This document shows positions 10,070 through 19,937 of a DNA stretch of 64,000 bases, piece after piece (position 1 is the first letter of the stretch; each line of letters begins with the position of its first letter). The stretch lies in IMG/VR virus record IMGVR_UViG_3300042922_001473; one strand, given 5' to 3'. Below the pieces are notes generated by a model, which saw nothing but the letters and a program-made list of their open reading frames with translations, was not told the origin of the DNA and did not search any database. Position numbers and translations under genes: made by a program. This stretch comes from a virus. Taxonomy: Duplodnaviria > Caudoviricetes.

Positions 10070-10209
10070 ATCTATAATATCTCTTAATATATTGTAAATC
10101 TTGTATGATAACGTTTTAAATTCCCCCTTTTTTCTATTTTTATATTCTATGCTCTTGTATTTTTATTAATAAAGAAATAGTAATTAATAACATCTGATAG
10201 TAAAAATGA

Positions 10210-10996
10210 AAAAGCACTGAGAAAATTTTAATGGACTCTATTTCAGAGTCAAAAAACTTAGTTAAAATCACATCCGATTTTTAATGTAACTATTGGTGTT
10301 ATTTTTTAATAAATATCAAGTATAATATTAGAAAATATAAATTAGGGGTTTGTCATTTGACGAATATGTTGATTGCATTACGAACAATAAAATAGAAATT
10401 CTTCTATTTAGTTATAACAGTAAGGAGAAAAATGAAAATGAAGGAAGTATTAATAGTAGGACAACACACTTTTGAGATAGTAGATTTTATTCCTTATGGT
10501 TATCATATTTGGAATATTGGAAAAAACATGAAAGAAGATTATTTACCTTTAGTACAACTTGGTGGGTATGATGGTTGTCAAGTTATTGGAATTATGAAGG
10601 CTTTACCTTTAAAAAATGCACAAAAAATACTAAGTGTAATTGGCGAAGGTAATAATACTCCAGGAAAAATGAAGGTTTGTATTGATAAATACGAGGTTAA
10701 CGGCATAAACCAAGAGAAAACCGAAAAAATGAAAGAAGCATTGGAAATTATGCTTAAAATTAAAGGGATAGATAACCTATAATCAGTAAAGTGAATATCT
10801 TTTCAACTAAAGTAATTCGTTTTATAATTCTATTGTAAACAAAATAACACAAAACGCAGAGAAAAATTTCTCTGCGTTTTTGCATATGATTTATTTAAAT
10901 TAAATTAGTTACAATTAAAAATTGTATGTGCATTTAACTATAAAAATAAATTTTGCACCTCAAAACTGAACCCTTTAAGAAAATTTCAGTGCTTTT
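10210..10996. repeat. imperfect inverted repeats (10210-10291 / 10907-10996) bounding a one-gene cassette
   Basis: Shared AAAAGCACTGA and TAGTTAAA..CACAT.C.ATTTTTAA(T)TGTAACT blocks in inverted orientation. Confidence 0.65.
10432..10782 (+). CDS. hypothetical protein
   Basis: 116 aa, AAGGAG RBS; FEIVD.IP.GY.IWNIG.NM...YLPL; own terminator at ~10850-10882. Confidence 0.75.
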   Translation: MKMKEVLIVGQHTFEIVDFIPYGYHIWNIGKNMKEDYLPLVQLGGYDGCQVIGIMKALPLKNAQKILSVIGEGNNTPGKMKVCIDKYEVNGINQEKTEKMKEALEIMLKIKGIDNL

Positions 10997-11016
10997 AATA
11001 TTATAGTATAAAGTTT

Positions 11017-11289
11017 TTAAATATTTAGTAGATTGATATTATTGTTATCGTATTTTTGACCTTTTCCTAACCAATAATCAAGAATTTCTCTCCTTCCATC
11101 TCTTGAATTAAGACAATCTATTACGAAAATATCTATATGTTTGTCATTTTTGGGAAATTTAAATTTAGAAATCCCAACAACTTCAGAATATGATGTCTTA
11201 ATTTTAAGGTGCTTAATAAATTCATCTATTTCCTTTTGTGTAACACCTGTTAACATTAAAGAATATCCATCTTCTTCTACAATAATCAT
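11017..11289 (-). CDS. hypothetical protein
   Basis: 90 aa, AAGGAG RBS. Confidence 0.6.
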   Translation of the reverse strand: MIIVEEDGYSLMLTGVTQKEIDEFIKHLKIKTSYSEVVGISKFKFPKNDKHIDIFVIDCLNSRDGRREILDYWLGKGQKYDNNNINLLNI

Positions 11290-11374
11290 TGTAAAAACTC
11301 CTTCCTTTATTTTGAAGTTAATAACTAATATCCATATTTCTTCTATTAGGATAACTAATCTTTTTATTTTTGTC

Positions 11375-12103
11375 TCAACTTACTTTTTTATAACAAGTAC
11401 TTAGAATAATATCTACAGAAGTAGCTCTTTCGTTACTTGATTTATCTTTCAAATATGACCTAAGAACACTCCATTTTAAATTACTAACTTTCTCCCAAAC
11501 CTTGCCAATATTAACATTAGGAGGAGCTATTATTGTAATTTCATTTAGATTATCGTATTTAATAATGCAACCAGCTTTTTTAGCTAATCTACCTACAGAT
11601 TTACATTCTTTATCATTTAAAAGTTCATATACATATGTTCTTTCAAATGGTTCTATTGAATGTTCATATTCAATATTTTTAACCACATATTTTGACCTAT
11701 ATCCGAAACATTTATATTTCTTTAAAATAATATCCATATTTGTAATTCTTATAATTTCTTCTTTACATATTGCATCTTGGTTTATAACCCAGACCTCTTT
11801 CCCCATTAAAGCATCAGGAACTAAGTTTCTTCTAACCAAGGAAGCTGAATTTATCAAATTTTCTTTACTTATACTGTTTTCGTCTAAACTGTATAAGTAT
11901 ATTATTGAAGGGAAATTTAAGCTCTTCTCAAATTGAATAAGATTTTTTGCTTTTAAAACACCTGATGGCATTGTAGTTAAAGCTCTATTTATGTTTGTAG
12001 AAAAACATATTCTTTTTATAGTTTTATCTTCTCCCTCTATTCGACATTTAGGTATTCTTGGATAAAACTTTTTTACTTTTCTTACAGAAAAATGATACAA
12101 CAT
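11375..12103 (-). CDS. putative ADP-ribosyltransferase-fold protein, paralog of 6870-7595
   Basis: LYHFS, FYPRIP, ED..IKRICFS, KEVWV. Confidence 0.55.
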   Translation of the reverse strand: MLYHFSVRKVKKFYPRIPKCRIEGEDKTIKRICFSTNINRALTTMPSGVLKAKNLIQFEKSLNFPSIIYLYSLDENSISKENLINSASLVRRNLVPDALMGKEVWVINQDAICKEEIIRITNMDIILKKYKCFGYRSKYVVKNIEYEHSIEPFERTYVYELLNDKECKSVGRLAKKAGCIIKYDNLNEITIIAPPNVNIGKVWEKVSNLKWSVLRSYLKDKSSNERATSVDIILSTCYKKVS

Positions 12104-12119
12104 TTAATCACCTTCTTTT

Positions 12120-12860
12120 TTATTTCCAATAACAATATAAGCACTGATATTGGCAACCATAACCATTTTTATGAGTTGAGTATGTTAATAGTTCAGTTTT
12201 ACTTGCTAAACATAGACAGGTTCTTCTTTGACCTTTTAAAGTGTCATTATCTGTTTTAAGATTTAACAAATCCAAATCTTTTTTAGAAACACAACCAGTT
12301 TGTGATGCCTCTGTTAGATATGTTTCTGAACAGCTTTCAAAAACTAAATTCCGACTATCCTTCATTTCTTTTATTAAGCGATTTACTTCATTAAATTCAG
12401 ATTTCATAGCTTGGAAATCTCCTGTAAATGGAACTGGAATGCCTGCAGTTTTAAATCTTTCTCTAACATGAGGGTACATATCTATAACGCTTATTCTAAA
12501 TCTTTTCACATCATTACTAATGTAATCAATTACGTTTTTTACATTTTCAAGACCTTTTTTTGTTGGAATAATCGGGTCGATTCTAATAACTATATTTTGA
12601 CTTGGAAATCCTGAGTTTATCAACCTTTTGACCTGATATAATTGTTTTTTAAAATCGGGAATATTTGGTTCAACAATTGTTCCACCATATCCAGTGCAAG
12701 TCGCATGAAGTATTACCTTATCTTTATATTTTAAAATTTCCTCAATAAATTTATCAGTTATATTTTTAGTTATTATAATAGCACCGTCTATTGAGTTCAT
12801 TTTTTCTACCCAGGTATAATCTAAACTTGCATCTCCTGCTTCTGTTATTCCTATTTTCAT
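12120..12860 (-). CDS. DUF1848-like (radical-SAM-related) protein
   Basis: TCTGYG..EPNIP, IRIDPIIP, ESCSE, GCV, GQR..CLC, C-terminal CxxxCxYCY. Confidence 0.75.
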   Translation of the reverse strand: MKIGITEAGDASLDYTWVEKMNSIDGAIIITKNITDKFIEEILKYKDKVILHATCTGYGGTIVEPNIPDFKKQLYQVKRLINSGFPSQNIVIRIDPIIPTKKGLENVKNVIDYISNDVKRFRISVIDMYPHVRERFKTAGIPVPFTGDFQAMKSEFNEVNRLIKEMKDSRNLVFESCSETYLTEASQTGCVSKKDLDLLNLKTDNDTLKGQRRTCLCLASKTELLTYSTHKNGYGCQYQCLYCYWK

Positions 12861-12887
12861 ATATTAATTCTCCTTTGCTCTAAATTA

Positions 12888-13283
12888 TTACGATTCAAGA
12901 ATATCTTTTATTCTTTTAAGCTTGTCTAATGATAATTTGTTTATATAATCTGAAAAGTAATTTTTCCTCAATTCATCATATAAAGCAATGCTTTCTTTTT
13001 CATCTAACGCATTTTGACGTTTTGAAAATAGCTTATAGTTTGAACAACCTACTGTATAATGTTCTCTATAGTCATTAGCTACTACAAATTTCATATTTAA
13101 ATTTTTATAAGTTCCATATTCTACAGTAATGAATTTTTTACCAACAGATATAACTTTACATTCTAAAAGCCATTCTCCTACATTTTCTAAAGTCATACCT
13201 TCTTTTATTCTATGAAAAGCATTGCTTTTTTCTTCTACCATCATGTAAGCTATCTGACCTCTTATGAATTCTTGATTTTTCAT
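12888..13283 (-). CDS. phage-type hypothetical protein
   Basis: 131 aa, RBS; V.SVGKKFITV motif. Confidence 0.65.
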   Translation of the reverse strand: MKNQEFIRGQIAYMMVEEKSNAFHRIKEGMTLENVGEWLLECKVISVGKKFITVEYGTYKNLNMKFVVANDYREHYTVGCSNYKLFSKRQNALDEKESIALYDELRKNYFSDYINKLSLDKLKRIKDILES

Positions 13284-13464
13284 ATATCTACTCCTTAATT
13301 AAATATTTTAATATAAAATTCCTTTTACATAATATTTTTATATTATAGTTGTTTTTTTATTGCATTATAAAAGCAGTTATAATCATTTATAACTGCTTTT
13401 ATAATTTCTTAGTTCCTCAACATATGAAAATCTCTAAGCATTAAAATTTTAATACATATTTATC

Positions 13465-13806
13465 TTAACATTTAATATCTTCTACATAGCAATCAAATCT
13501 CCAATACGGGAATCCATTTGATATATTTTTGCATTCAATGATACTAATTACTTTTACATTAACTTCTATATATTCTTTTAAAAATTCTTCTAATTCATCT
13601 TTATTTACATTATTAAAGTATTGGCTTTCATTACCAAAAACTTTTTTATGACAACTATTATATTTTTTACTATCCCATTGGTATAGCCTATCGCTAAAAT
13701 ATGTTCTGTTTGGATTAATTCCCTCATAAAATTTTATAGGAACAATTTCAATATTACCATTACTATCCTCAATATAGTAATTATAATCATCAAGTATTTT
13801 ATTCAT
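13465..13806 (-). CDS. hypothetical protein
   Basis: 113 aa; SDRLYQWD..KY, NGFPYW. Confidence 0.7.
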   Translation of the reverse strand: MNKILDDYNYYIEDSNGNIEIVPIKFYEGINPNRTYFSDRLYQWDSKKYNSCHKKVFGNESQYFNNVNKDELEEFLKEYIEVNVKVISIIECKNISNGFPYWRFDCYVEDIKC

Positions 13807-13855
13807 GCTGTTAACACCTTTCTTATTAATTTATATTAGTGTTTTCTTTTAACCA

Positions 13856-14011
13856 TTATTTTCTCACTTTTTTATACTTACTTATTTCATTCTTTAAATA
13901 GAAAATAGCATAGCCATCAGTTGTTCTTCTTATAGCTATAATATTGTTATATTTAAACGGTAAATATTTCATTGTTAACCTATCGCATTTAATATATCTT
14001 ACAAACATCAT
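13856..14011 (-). CDS. small hypothetical protein (51 aa)
   Basis: Not in the ORF track; GGAGG RBS; ATG overlaps the upstream TGA. Confidence 0.4.
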   Translation of the reverse strand: MMFVRYIKCDRLTMKYLPFKYNNIIAIRRTTDGYAIFYLKNEISKYKKVRK

Positions 14012-14259
14012 GCCTCCAAATAAATTAAATATTTAATTTCATTTTCAAGATTTTTGATACAATCATGCATGGTGTAGCTAATATAAAAACCTTCTTTGTG
14101 TTTTTTATATTCTCTTATTATATCTTCTACTGAATAAGTATAATATCTACCTTTTATGAATTTAATGATTTTGTTAGTATTTTCCTGCTTAAAATATTCT
14201 TTTTGACCTTCTGCTGAATATTCATCATACAAATCAAGCATTCCGTTTCCACTACTCAT
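14008..14259 (-). CDS. hypothetical protein
   Basis: 83 aa, GAGGTGG RBS. Confidence 0.6.
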   Translation of the reverse strand: MSSGNGMLDLYDEYSAEGQKEYFKQENTNKIIKFIKGRYYTYSVEDIIREYKKHKEGFYISYTMHDCIKNLENEIKYLIYLEA

Positions 14260-14274
14260 AGTCCCACCTCTTTA

Positions 14275-14898
14275 TTATCTAATTAGTTTATCATCAGGCA
14301 CATTATGTTCAGATAATAATTTCCCTTCTGATAGTGCCATATCATATATTTCTTTTGCGTTATCTGAAGTATAGTTTTCTAAAAAGGTTTCTCTATCTTC
14401 ACCTTGAAGTTTACTTACGAACCAAATCTTATCAACATCAAATTCCTTAGTTGCAATTACACTGCCTCTGTCATCGTAAGTATCAATTTGTAACCCTATT
14501 GCTTTATCAAAATCAGCTTCTGTTTTTTTAATAGTTAATTCATTTACTAATTCAAATAAATTAGTCCTATCTAAAAGAAATTTTTCTTTTTCTTCTTTTG
14601 CATACTTTTCGAATTTAATTAAATGGTAACGCTTTTTTTCTAAATCATTCTCTATAGAAGCTATTATTACATTTAACTGATTAATTCCTTTCATAATTAA
14701 TCCTTTTGTAATTGGAACAAATTCACACGTATCTTTGTCCTGAAATTTTTCAAGCCTTACTTTATCATCCTCAGTATAAATGCCAGCATGTGGAATAAAT
14801 GCTGTATATCCCTTTTCATTTGCTTTCCACCATGTTTCTACATTGTTAATCCTTGTCCATTTATTACTTTTAATAAAATATTTTCCTGTTTTAAACAT
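14275..14898 (-). CDS. hypothetical protein
   Basis: 207 aa; WW.AN..GYT.....AG.Y motif seen in phage proteins. Confidence 0.65.
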   Translation of the reverse strand: MFKTGKYFIKSNKWTRINNVETWWKANEKGYTAFIPHAGIYTEDDKVRLEKFQDKDTCEFVPITKGLIMKGINQLNVIIASIENDLEKKRYHLIKFEKYAKEEKEKFLLDRTNLFELVNELTIKKTEADFDKAIGLQIDTYDDRGSVIATKEFDVDKIWFVSKLQGEDRETFLENYTSDNAKEIYDMALSEGKLLSEHNVPDDKLIR

Positions 14899-15025
14899 AT
14901 ATAAATTTCTCCCTTTAATTTTATTTTGAATTTAAAATACCTTTTTTTATATCTCTTATATTATATTTACATTTTGAACAATTATAAAGAACTGTTAATG
15001 TAAAACAGTTCTTTATAAAACAGTA

Positions 15026-15658
15026 TTAGTCAAGATTTTCATTCTTAACTTTCTTTAATACACTTAATAGTTTAAAATACTTTTCTTGACTATCAATGCA
15101 ATTAATAATAATTCTTTTAAATTTCCCCTCTTTTCCGTAAAGCCAATTATCTAAGTCAAGTTCTTTATATATAGTCTCAGATACATAAACCTTTTTATAA
15201 TAATCAATATCCGCTTCAACTTCATCAAGAGTATGATTTTTAATAATAAGTTGTTTAGAAGATAACTCCATTACCATATTAACAATATTTTCAAAGTAAT
15301 CAATTCCATTCCAAGTATTATAATCATAATCACTATCGCTACTGTTTTGAAAACTTACCCATGTTTTAAACATTCCTTTAGCTGACATTGGGAAAACAGT
15401 TCCCGATACAGCTAAAATTTCTTTTTCTTCCCAATATATAAAAGAAATATTAAATAATTGATATAGCCACATTTTATCTAATTTAAATCCAATTTTAGTA
15501 TTATCTGTTTCTTCCATATCATAAGATGGGATATCGTATTTACAATCATTAATAAATTCATATGAATTTTTAGTGCATTCATTTGTAAAGTTTAAACAAA
15601 AATCAAGAACTTCTTCTTTTTTCATATTTATAAAACCTAAACTAAATTTATAACTCAT
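15026..15658 (-). CDS. hypothetical protein
   Basis: 210 aa; FQNSSD.DYDY..W motif. Confidence 0.7.
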   Translation of the reverse strand: MSYKFSLGFINMKKEEVLDFCLNFTNECTKNSYEFINDCKYDIPSYDMEETDNTKIGFKLDKMWLYQLFNISFIYWEEKEILAVSGTVFPMSAKGMFKTWVSFQNSSDSDYDYNTWNGIDYFENIVNMVMELSSKQLIIKNHTLDEVEADIDYYKKVYVSETIYKELDLDNWLYGKEGKFKRIIINCIDSQEKYFKLLSVLKKVKNENLD

Positions 15659-15704
15659 TTATATACATCCCTTCATTTTATCATGTAAAATACTTTTACA
15701 TTAT

Positions 15705-16598
15705 TCATATCCCTGGATTGTAATGCCCTTTTACTTTGTTACAGGCATTAGTGCAATCAAATTCTTTTAAATCAGCATTTAAAATATCTTCTGTTATTAC
15801 AGGAATAAGTTTTTCTTTAACACTTTCAGTTTTCTTTAAAAGTGCTTCTTTTCCATCTTCTGTTTTTAACCAATCAATTGCTTTAAAATATAAATTCATC
15901 TTATCCACCGATTCATTTTCAGCTAATTCATTCATTTTATCAGATATAGAGATATTTTTTGCTTGACTTAAAGCTCTATCTTCCAAGGACTTAATATTTT
16001 TAAGTATATTGTTTATGTTTAAATCTATAAAACTTGGCACTTCACCAACTAAAGTTGCAAGAAATCCGTTTTTTGAAGGAATTCCTATGCCAGGCAAAGC
16101 AACATCCCAATCTTTTTTCCTATTTTCCCATTGTTTCTTTGTAACCTTTTTTGGTTTCTCAACATTACTCCAATAGCCATAATATTTTACAAATTCAGAG
16201 TTTTCCCATATTTTTGCGTATTCTTCATTTTCACTATAAAATAAACATAATATTTTCCTATTACTTGGAATAAATCATATACTACATTCTATATCAAACG
16301 TAGGGTTTCGCTGTTCAGTTTTCTTAATTTTTTTATTTTTATCATAGATATTTAGATATGTATTAAAAAAAGCAGAATAATTTAAATATTTCTTATCTTT
16401 TTTAAATACATTTAAAAATTCTTCTTCACCTTTTAGCGTCAGTGTATCTATCATATTTACAGCTATTTGTGATATTAGTTCTTCAGTTATTTTAATTGAT
16501 ACTAATTTCATTTTTTGTCTTAAATCCATTGTAAAATCTTGAAGCTGTTTTAAATTCATACTCGGCAATTTATATCCATTGTATATTTTAGTACTCAT
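15705..16598 (-). pseudogene. one gene (MSTKIYNG family) interrupted by a single in-frame TGA at 16275-16277
   Basis: Track ORFs 16275-16598 and 15705-16097 are in frame; the 59 codons between them are open (FIPSNRK...YYGYWSN..KP..V...QW..R..DW). Confidence 0.75.
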
Positions 16599-17317
16599 TA
16601 AACACTCTCCCTTACAAACCTTGGATTATTACCAAATATATTTAAACTTATATGCCCAACATCAAATGACCAATTTTCATAATCTTTTAAACTTTTTAAA
16701 TTATTTATACATTGGGTAGCGTCATCAGGTAATTGGAATTTCGTTGCATCATAAAGATTTCCTTGAATCATATACCCATCTTTAAAATCAGAAACAAAAG
16801 ACGGATAACTTCTATCTTTTAAATATGCTAAAACCAAATAAACCTGCCTATCTTTTAATGATTTTTGTTTAATTTCAAATAGATTATTATTTTGGAAGTC
16901 TGATTTCAACTCTGGATTTTCATATATACTATCCAATATTTCATATGAAGATGTTAAACTACCAACTATTTCTGATAAAGAATATAATCTTCTTTCTCCT
17001 ACGGAATTTATACCGTCTATGCACCAACCTAAGTTACTTTTTACCACTATTCCTTCCCATTTATTTTCAGGTTCTTCATACCCATAAGCTATTACTTCAA
17101 TATAATCGCCTTGATATATGTCAGCACCTGTTTTAGTATCATTTATTCCAATACTCCAAACAATTTCATAATTAAAAACTTCTTCTAATCTGTAGTCAGA
17201 CTGTGGTAATTGTTCATTAAACCATAATTTACTCTGTTGGTCTATTAAAAATCTACCACAATTTGAAGTCATCCATTTTTCATTTCCATTGTCCCATATT
17301 TTATATTTTTCATTCAT
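16598..17317 (-). CDS. YopX-family phage protein with C-terminal extension
   Basis: KIWD...W, G..D..G.DIYQGD.I, EI..SIYENPEL. Confidence 0.8.
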   Translation of the reverse strand: MNEKYKIWDNGNEKWMTSNCGRFLIDQQSKLWFNEQLPQSDYRLEEVFNYEIVWSIGINDTKTGADIYQGDYIEVIAYGYEEPENKWEGIVVKSNLGWCIDGINSVGERRLYSLSEIVGSLTSSYEILDSIYENPELKSDFQNNNLFEIKQKSLKDRQVYLVLAYLKDRSYPSFVSDFKDGYMIQGNLYDATKFQLPDDATQCINNLKSLKDYENWSFDVGHISLNIFGNNPRFVRESV

Positions 17318-17344
17318 ATATCTTCTCCTTAAGTTAAGATTACC

Positions 17345-17599
17345 TTAGTTATATTCTGTTTCATTAATTATTTCAGGATTAATAGCAAAATCTTTACATA
17401 TATCTGTCAAGTTGACTATACAGTAATTGTTTTGCAAAGAGCCTTTTATGCCACTTCTGTCCATATAATCTTCTCCAAGTATTTCAGTAAATGCTGGCAA
17501 ATCCTTTAATTCTACATTTAATAATAATTTATCCCCTTGGTTTTGTACTTGATTAATTTCACAAAATGCCATAAATGCTTTTAATGCTGTTTCATCCAT
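17345..17599 (-). CDS. hypothetical protein
   Basis: 84 aa, GGGGG RBS. Confidence 0.6.
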   Translation of the reverse strand: MDETALKAFMAFCEINQVQNQGDKLLLNVELKDLPAFTEILGEDYMDRSGIKGSLQNNYCIVNLTDICKDFAINPEIINETEYN

Positions 17600-17623
17600 A
17601 ATTTTTTGTCTTACCCCCTATAT

Positions 17624-18100
17624 TTATTCTTTTAGATTCTTAATAAAGCTTTCAAGTTCTTCAATTGTTTTAAACCGAAAAAATTCATCATCTTTTTTCA
17701 ATGAAAGTGTAATTTCCTGAGTTTCCCCACTACATATACTCATTGAATAATCTTTTAAAATAGTTTTTGAATCAAAAATTAATTGAAATACTTCAGTTGA
17801 GGAATGTCTATCATCCTTAGCAATTTCTTCAAGTGTTTTTGCTATTTTAGACATTGTTCCATTATAAAATCTACTTCCTGCGTTAGTTTGAAAAAAAGAT
17901 ATTGATTGATTAGAACCATCATACATCGCTTTAAGAAAGCTACTCATTAAACTTCTAATGTCAGCTAAATGACGCATAGAATTAGAATTTTCATTATCAT
18001 TTAATTTTATTGCTATAATTTCAAGACTTTTTGCTATTGAAGGGATATGAACACTAAAATATTTTTTACCCATACCTGTATTATGAAAATTTATACCCAT
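17624..18100 (-). CDS. hypothetical protein with internal duplication (F..T..G..F....IAK.LE.IA)
   Basis: Motif occurs twice; AGGAG RBS. Confidence 0.65.
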   Translation of the reverse strand: MGINFHNTGMGKKYFSVHIPSIAKSLEIIAIKLNDNENSNSMRHLADIRSLMSSFLKAMYDGSNQSISFFQTNAGSRFYNGTMSKIAKTLEEIAKDDRHSSTEVFQLIFDSKTILKDYSMSICSGETQEITLSLKKDDEFFRFKTIEELESFIKNLKE

Positions 18101-18185
18101 AAGTATATCTCCTTTAGATTATTAGTTGTTTTAACAAACACCTTTATTACTTGTTTTTATATTATAGATAATTTTAAATAATTAA

Positions 18186-18767
18186 TTAAGCAATTTTGAC
18201 AATTAAATAATCGTCTGACTTATCAATAGAAACTATTTTCTTATTTGACGTATCTACCAGCATTTCTTCTTCATGGATATAAGGGTTTTCTTTATATATT
18301 TTATTTATGTCTAAGCCAATACAGTTATCTTCTAAAATAAATAGAACATTTAAAACCCTATCATATACTTCATCCCAGGTTATTAATCCATTATCCACTT
18401 TTTTTTCATAAATTCTTAAATAACTTTCATTATCGTTTTCTCTAAAATGCTTATCCTTATCTTCTTCCAAAATTTCAATATCTTTTTCATTTAGTACTTT
18501 CTTAGAGATTTTCCCCAATGTTTCTTCAGGTATATATTCATCTTTAGCAAATCCTACTGCAATGTTTAAGTTTTTACTCCAACTACTATAATTATCCCAA
18601 TATGGAAATAAACTACCTACTTTTATTTCTTCTGCAGGAACTCTTGCCCCTCTATATAATTTTCCATTTATATTTTCTTTATATTTTTCAATTACTTCTT
18701 CTAAACAAGCTCTATCCTTTGGTCCTACATAATCTTTAATTATTTGTTTTTCTCTATCATTTAACAT
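18186..18767 (-). CDS. R-S-E class ADP-ribosyltransferase-like protein
   Basis: LYRG...YSSWS....A..FA...HEEEMLV: Arg, Ser-x-Ser and ExE motifs in canonical order. Confidence 0.7.
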   Translation of the reverse strand: MLNDREKQIIKDYVGPKDRACLEEVIEKYKENINGKLYRGARVPAEEIKVGSLFPYWDNYSSWSKNLNIAVGFAKDEYIPEETLGKISKKVLNEKDIEILEEDKDKHFRENDNESYLRIYEKKVDNGLITWDEVYDRVLNVLFILEDNCIGLDINKIYKENPYIHEEEMLVDTSNKKIVSIDKSDDYLIVKIA

Positions 18768-18790
18768 ATATGTACCTCCGAATAATTTAT

Positions 18791-18826
18791 ATTTACATTA
18801 TATCATATTTATGGTATAATGTAAAT
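18791..18826. promoter_or_regulatory. symmetric bidirectional sigma-A promoter
   Basis: Near-palindrome that reads TTTACA-N17-(TG)TATAAT on both strands between divergent genes. Confidence 0.65.
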
Positions 18827-18939
18827 TATAAATTACATATTTATTAATAAATAATACATTTGTTATTCTATTGATTCTTAGTATATTTTCGAAATGAATA
18901 TTAAAGATAAAATTTAAAATAAGAAAGGATATATTTTAT

Positions 18940-19149
18940 ATGAACGATATTAAATTAAATCAAATAAGAAAATGGAAGACTGATACAAATAATGAACATT
19001 TTAAAATAATTGTTGATAATGGCATACATTATGGAAATCATTTTTATATAATTGAGTATTTAACGGATAAGAGAAAACAAACAGTAACAGAGCCAGAGTT
19101 AATTAGGTCTGTTATATCAAATGTATATGATGATATTGATTTAAATTAA
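18940..19149 (+). CDS. hypothetical protein
   Basis: 69 aa, AAAGGA RBS. Confidence 0.55.
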   Translation: MNDIKLNQIRKWKTDTNNEHFKIIVDNGIHYGNHFYIIEYLTDKRKQTVTEPELIRSVISNVYDDIDLN

Positions 19150-19353
19150 TTTTTAATTGGAGGTCAATATGAAGGTATTAAGATTTCAAAGAACTAAAGA
19201 AATAGAAGCAAAAAGTTATTATGAGGACTTAATGGATATATGGTTTGCTTGTTAACATTATAAATATTGCTAATATTTATGAGACACCTAAAAATTTGAT
19301 AATGAAAAAGAAATCATACAGGTAAAAGTACTGTTATATAAAGGAAGAAAATT

Positions 19354-19803
19354 ATGAGCATTAGTAGTAAATATAATCTGCATTATGGTGACGAAAGAAG
19401 AACAATTATTAGTATAGAAAATATTAAAAGTGTATCTGAAAAAGAAAATAGATATGATTTATTTGAATTAAATAATATAATAGAACACTCATTAGGGTTT
19501 AATACAAGGGGCTGTGAAAATAACCTTATAAAATTAGGATTTGACATACCAATATCAGAGTGTTTTAAAGGTGAATATGAATATTGTGATTTTTGGCATT
19601 ATCAAGTGGATGCAGTATTTAGAAGGTTTGTCAGGAATGATAGTTGCAATTCAATATATGTAGGAACTAAAGAAGGTATAGATTATAAAAAACTAAAGAA
19701 AAAACCTAATAATTGGCAAAAAATGATGTTAGAAAAGTGGAATGAATTACTATATCCTTTAGCGGATAAAAACGGATGGATAAAATTAGTTATTTGGTGG
19801 TAG
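19354..19803 (+). CDS. hypothetical protein
   Basis: 149 aa; Y.DFWH..., C-terminal WW. Confidence 0.65.
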   Translation: MSISSKYNLHYGDERRTIISIENIKSVSEKENRYDLFELNNIIEHSLGFNTRGCENNLIKLGFDIPISECFKGEYEYCDFWHYQVDAVFRRFVRNDSCNSIYVGTKEGIDYKKLKKKPNNWQKMMLEKWNELLYPLADKNGWIKLVIWW

Positions 19804-19937
19804 AAACTAAAACAAGAATAGTCGGTTAAATAAAAAGGTAGTTTAGGTATGATAATGAAAAAATAATCATATAGTTATATAAATTTTAAATATTACAGTA
19901 TAATAAAATAATTACAAAAGAAAAAGGAGAACATAAC

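Noticed and set aside
11999-12009. Second seed match to the mini-array guide
   Set aside because: Flanked by GAA rather than CCN and lies inside a CDS
9053-16598. Alternative genetic code (stop recoding)
   Set aside because: Interruptions use TAA, TAG and TGA alike, and long genes are open in code 11
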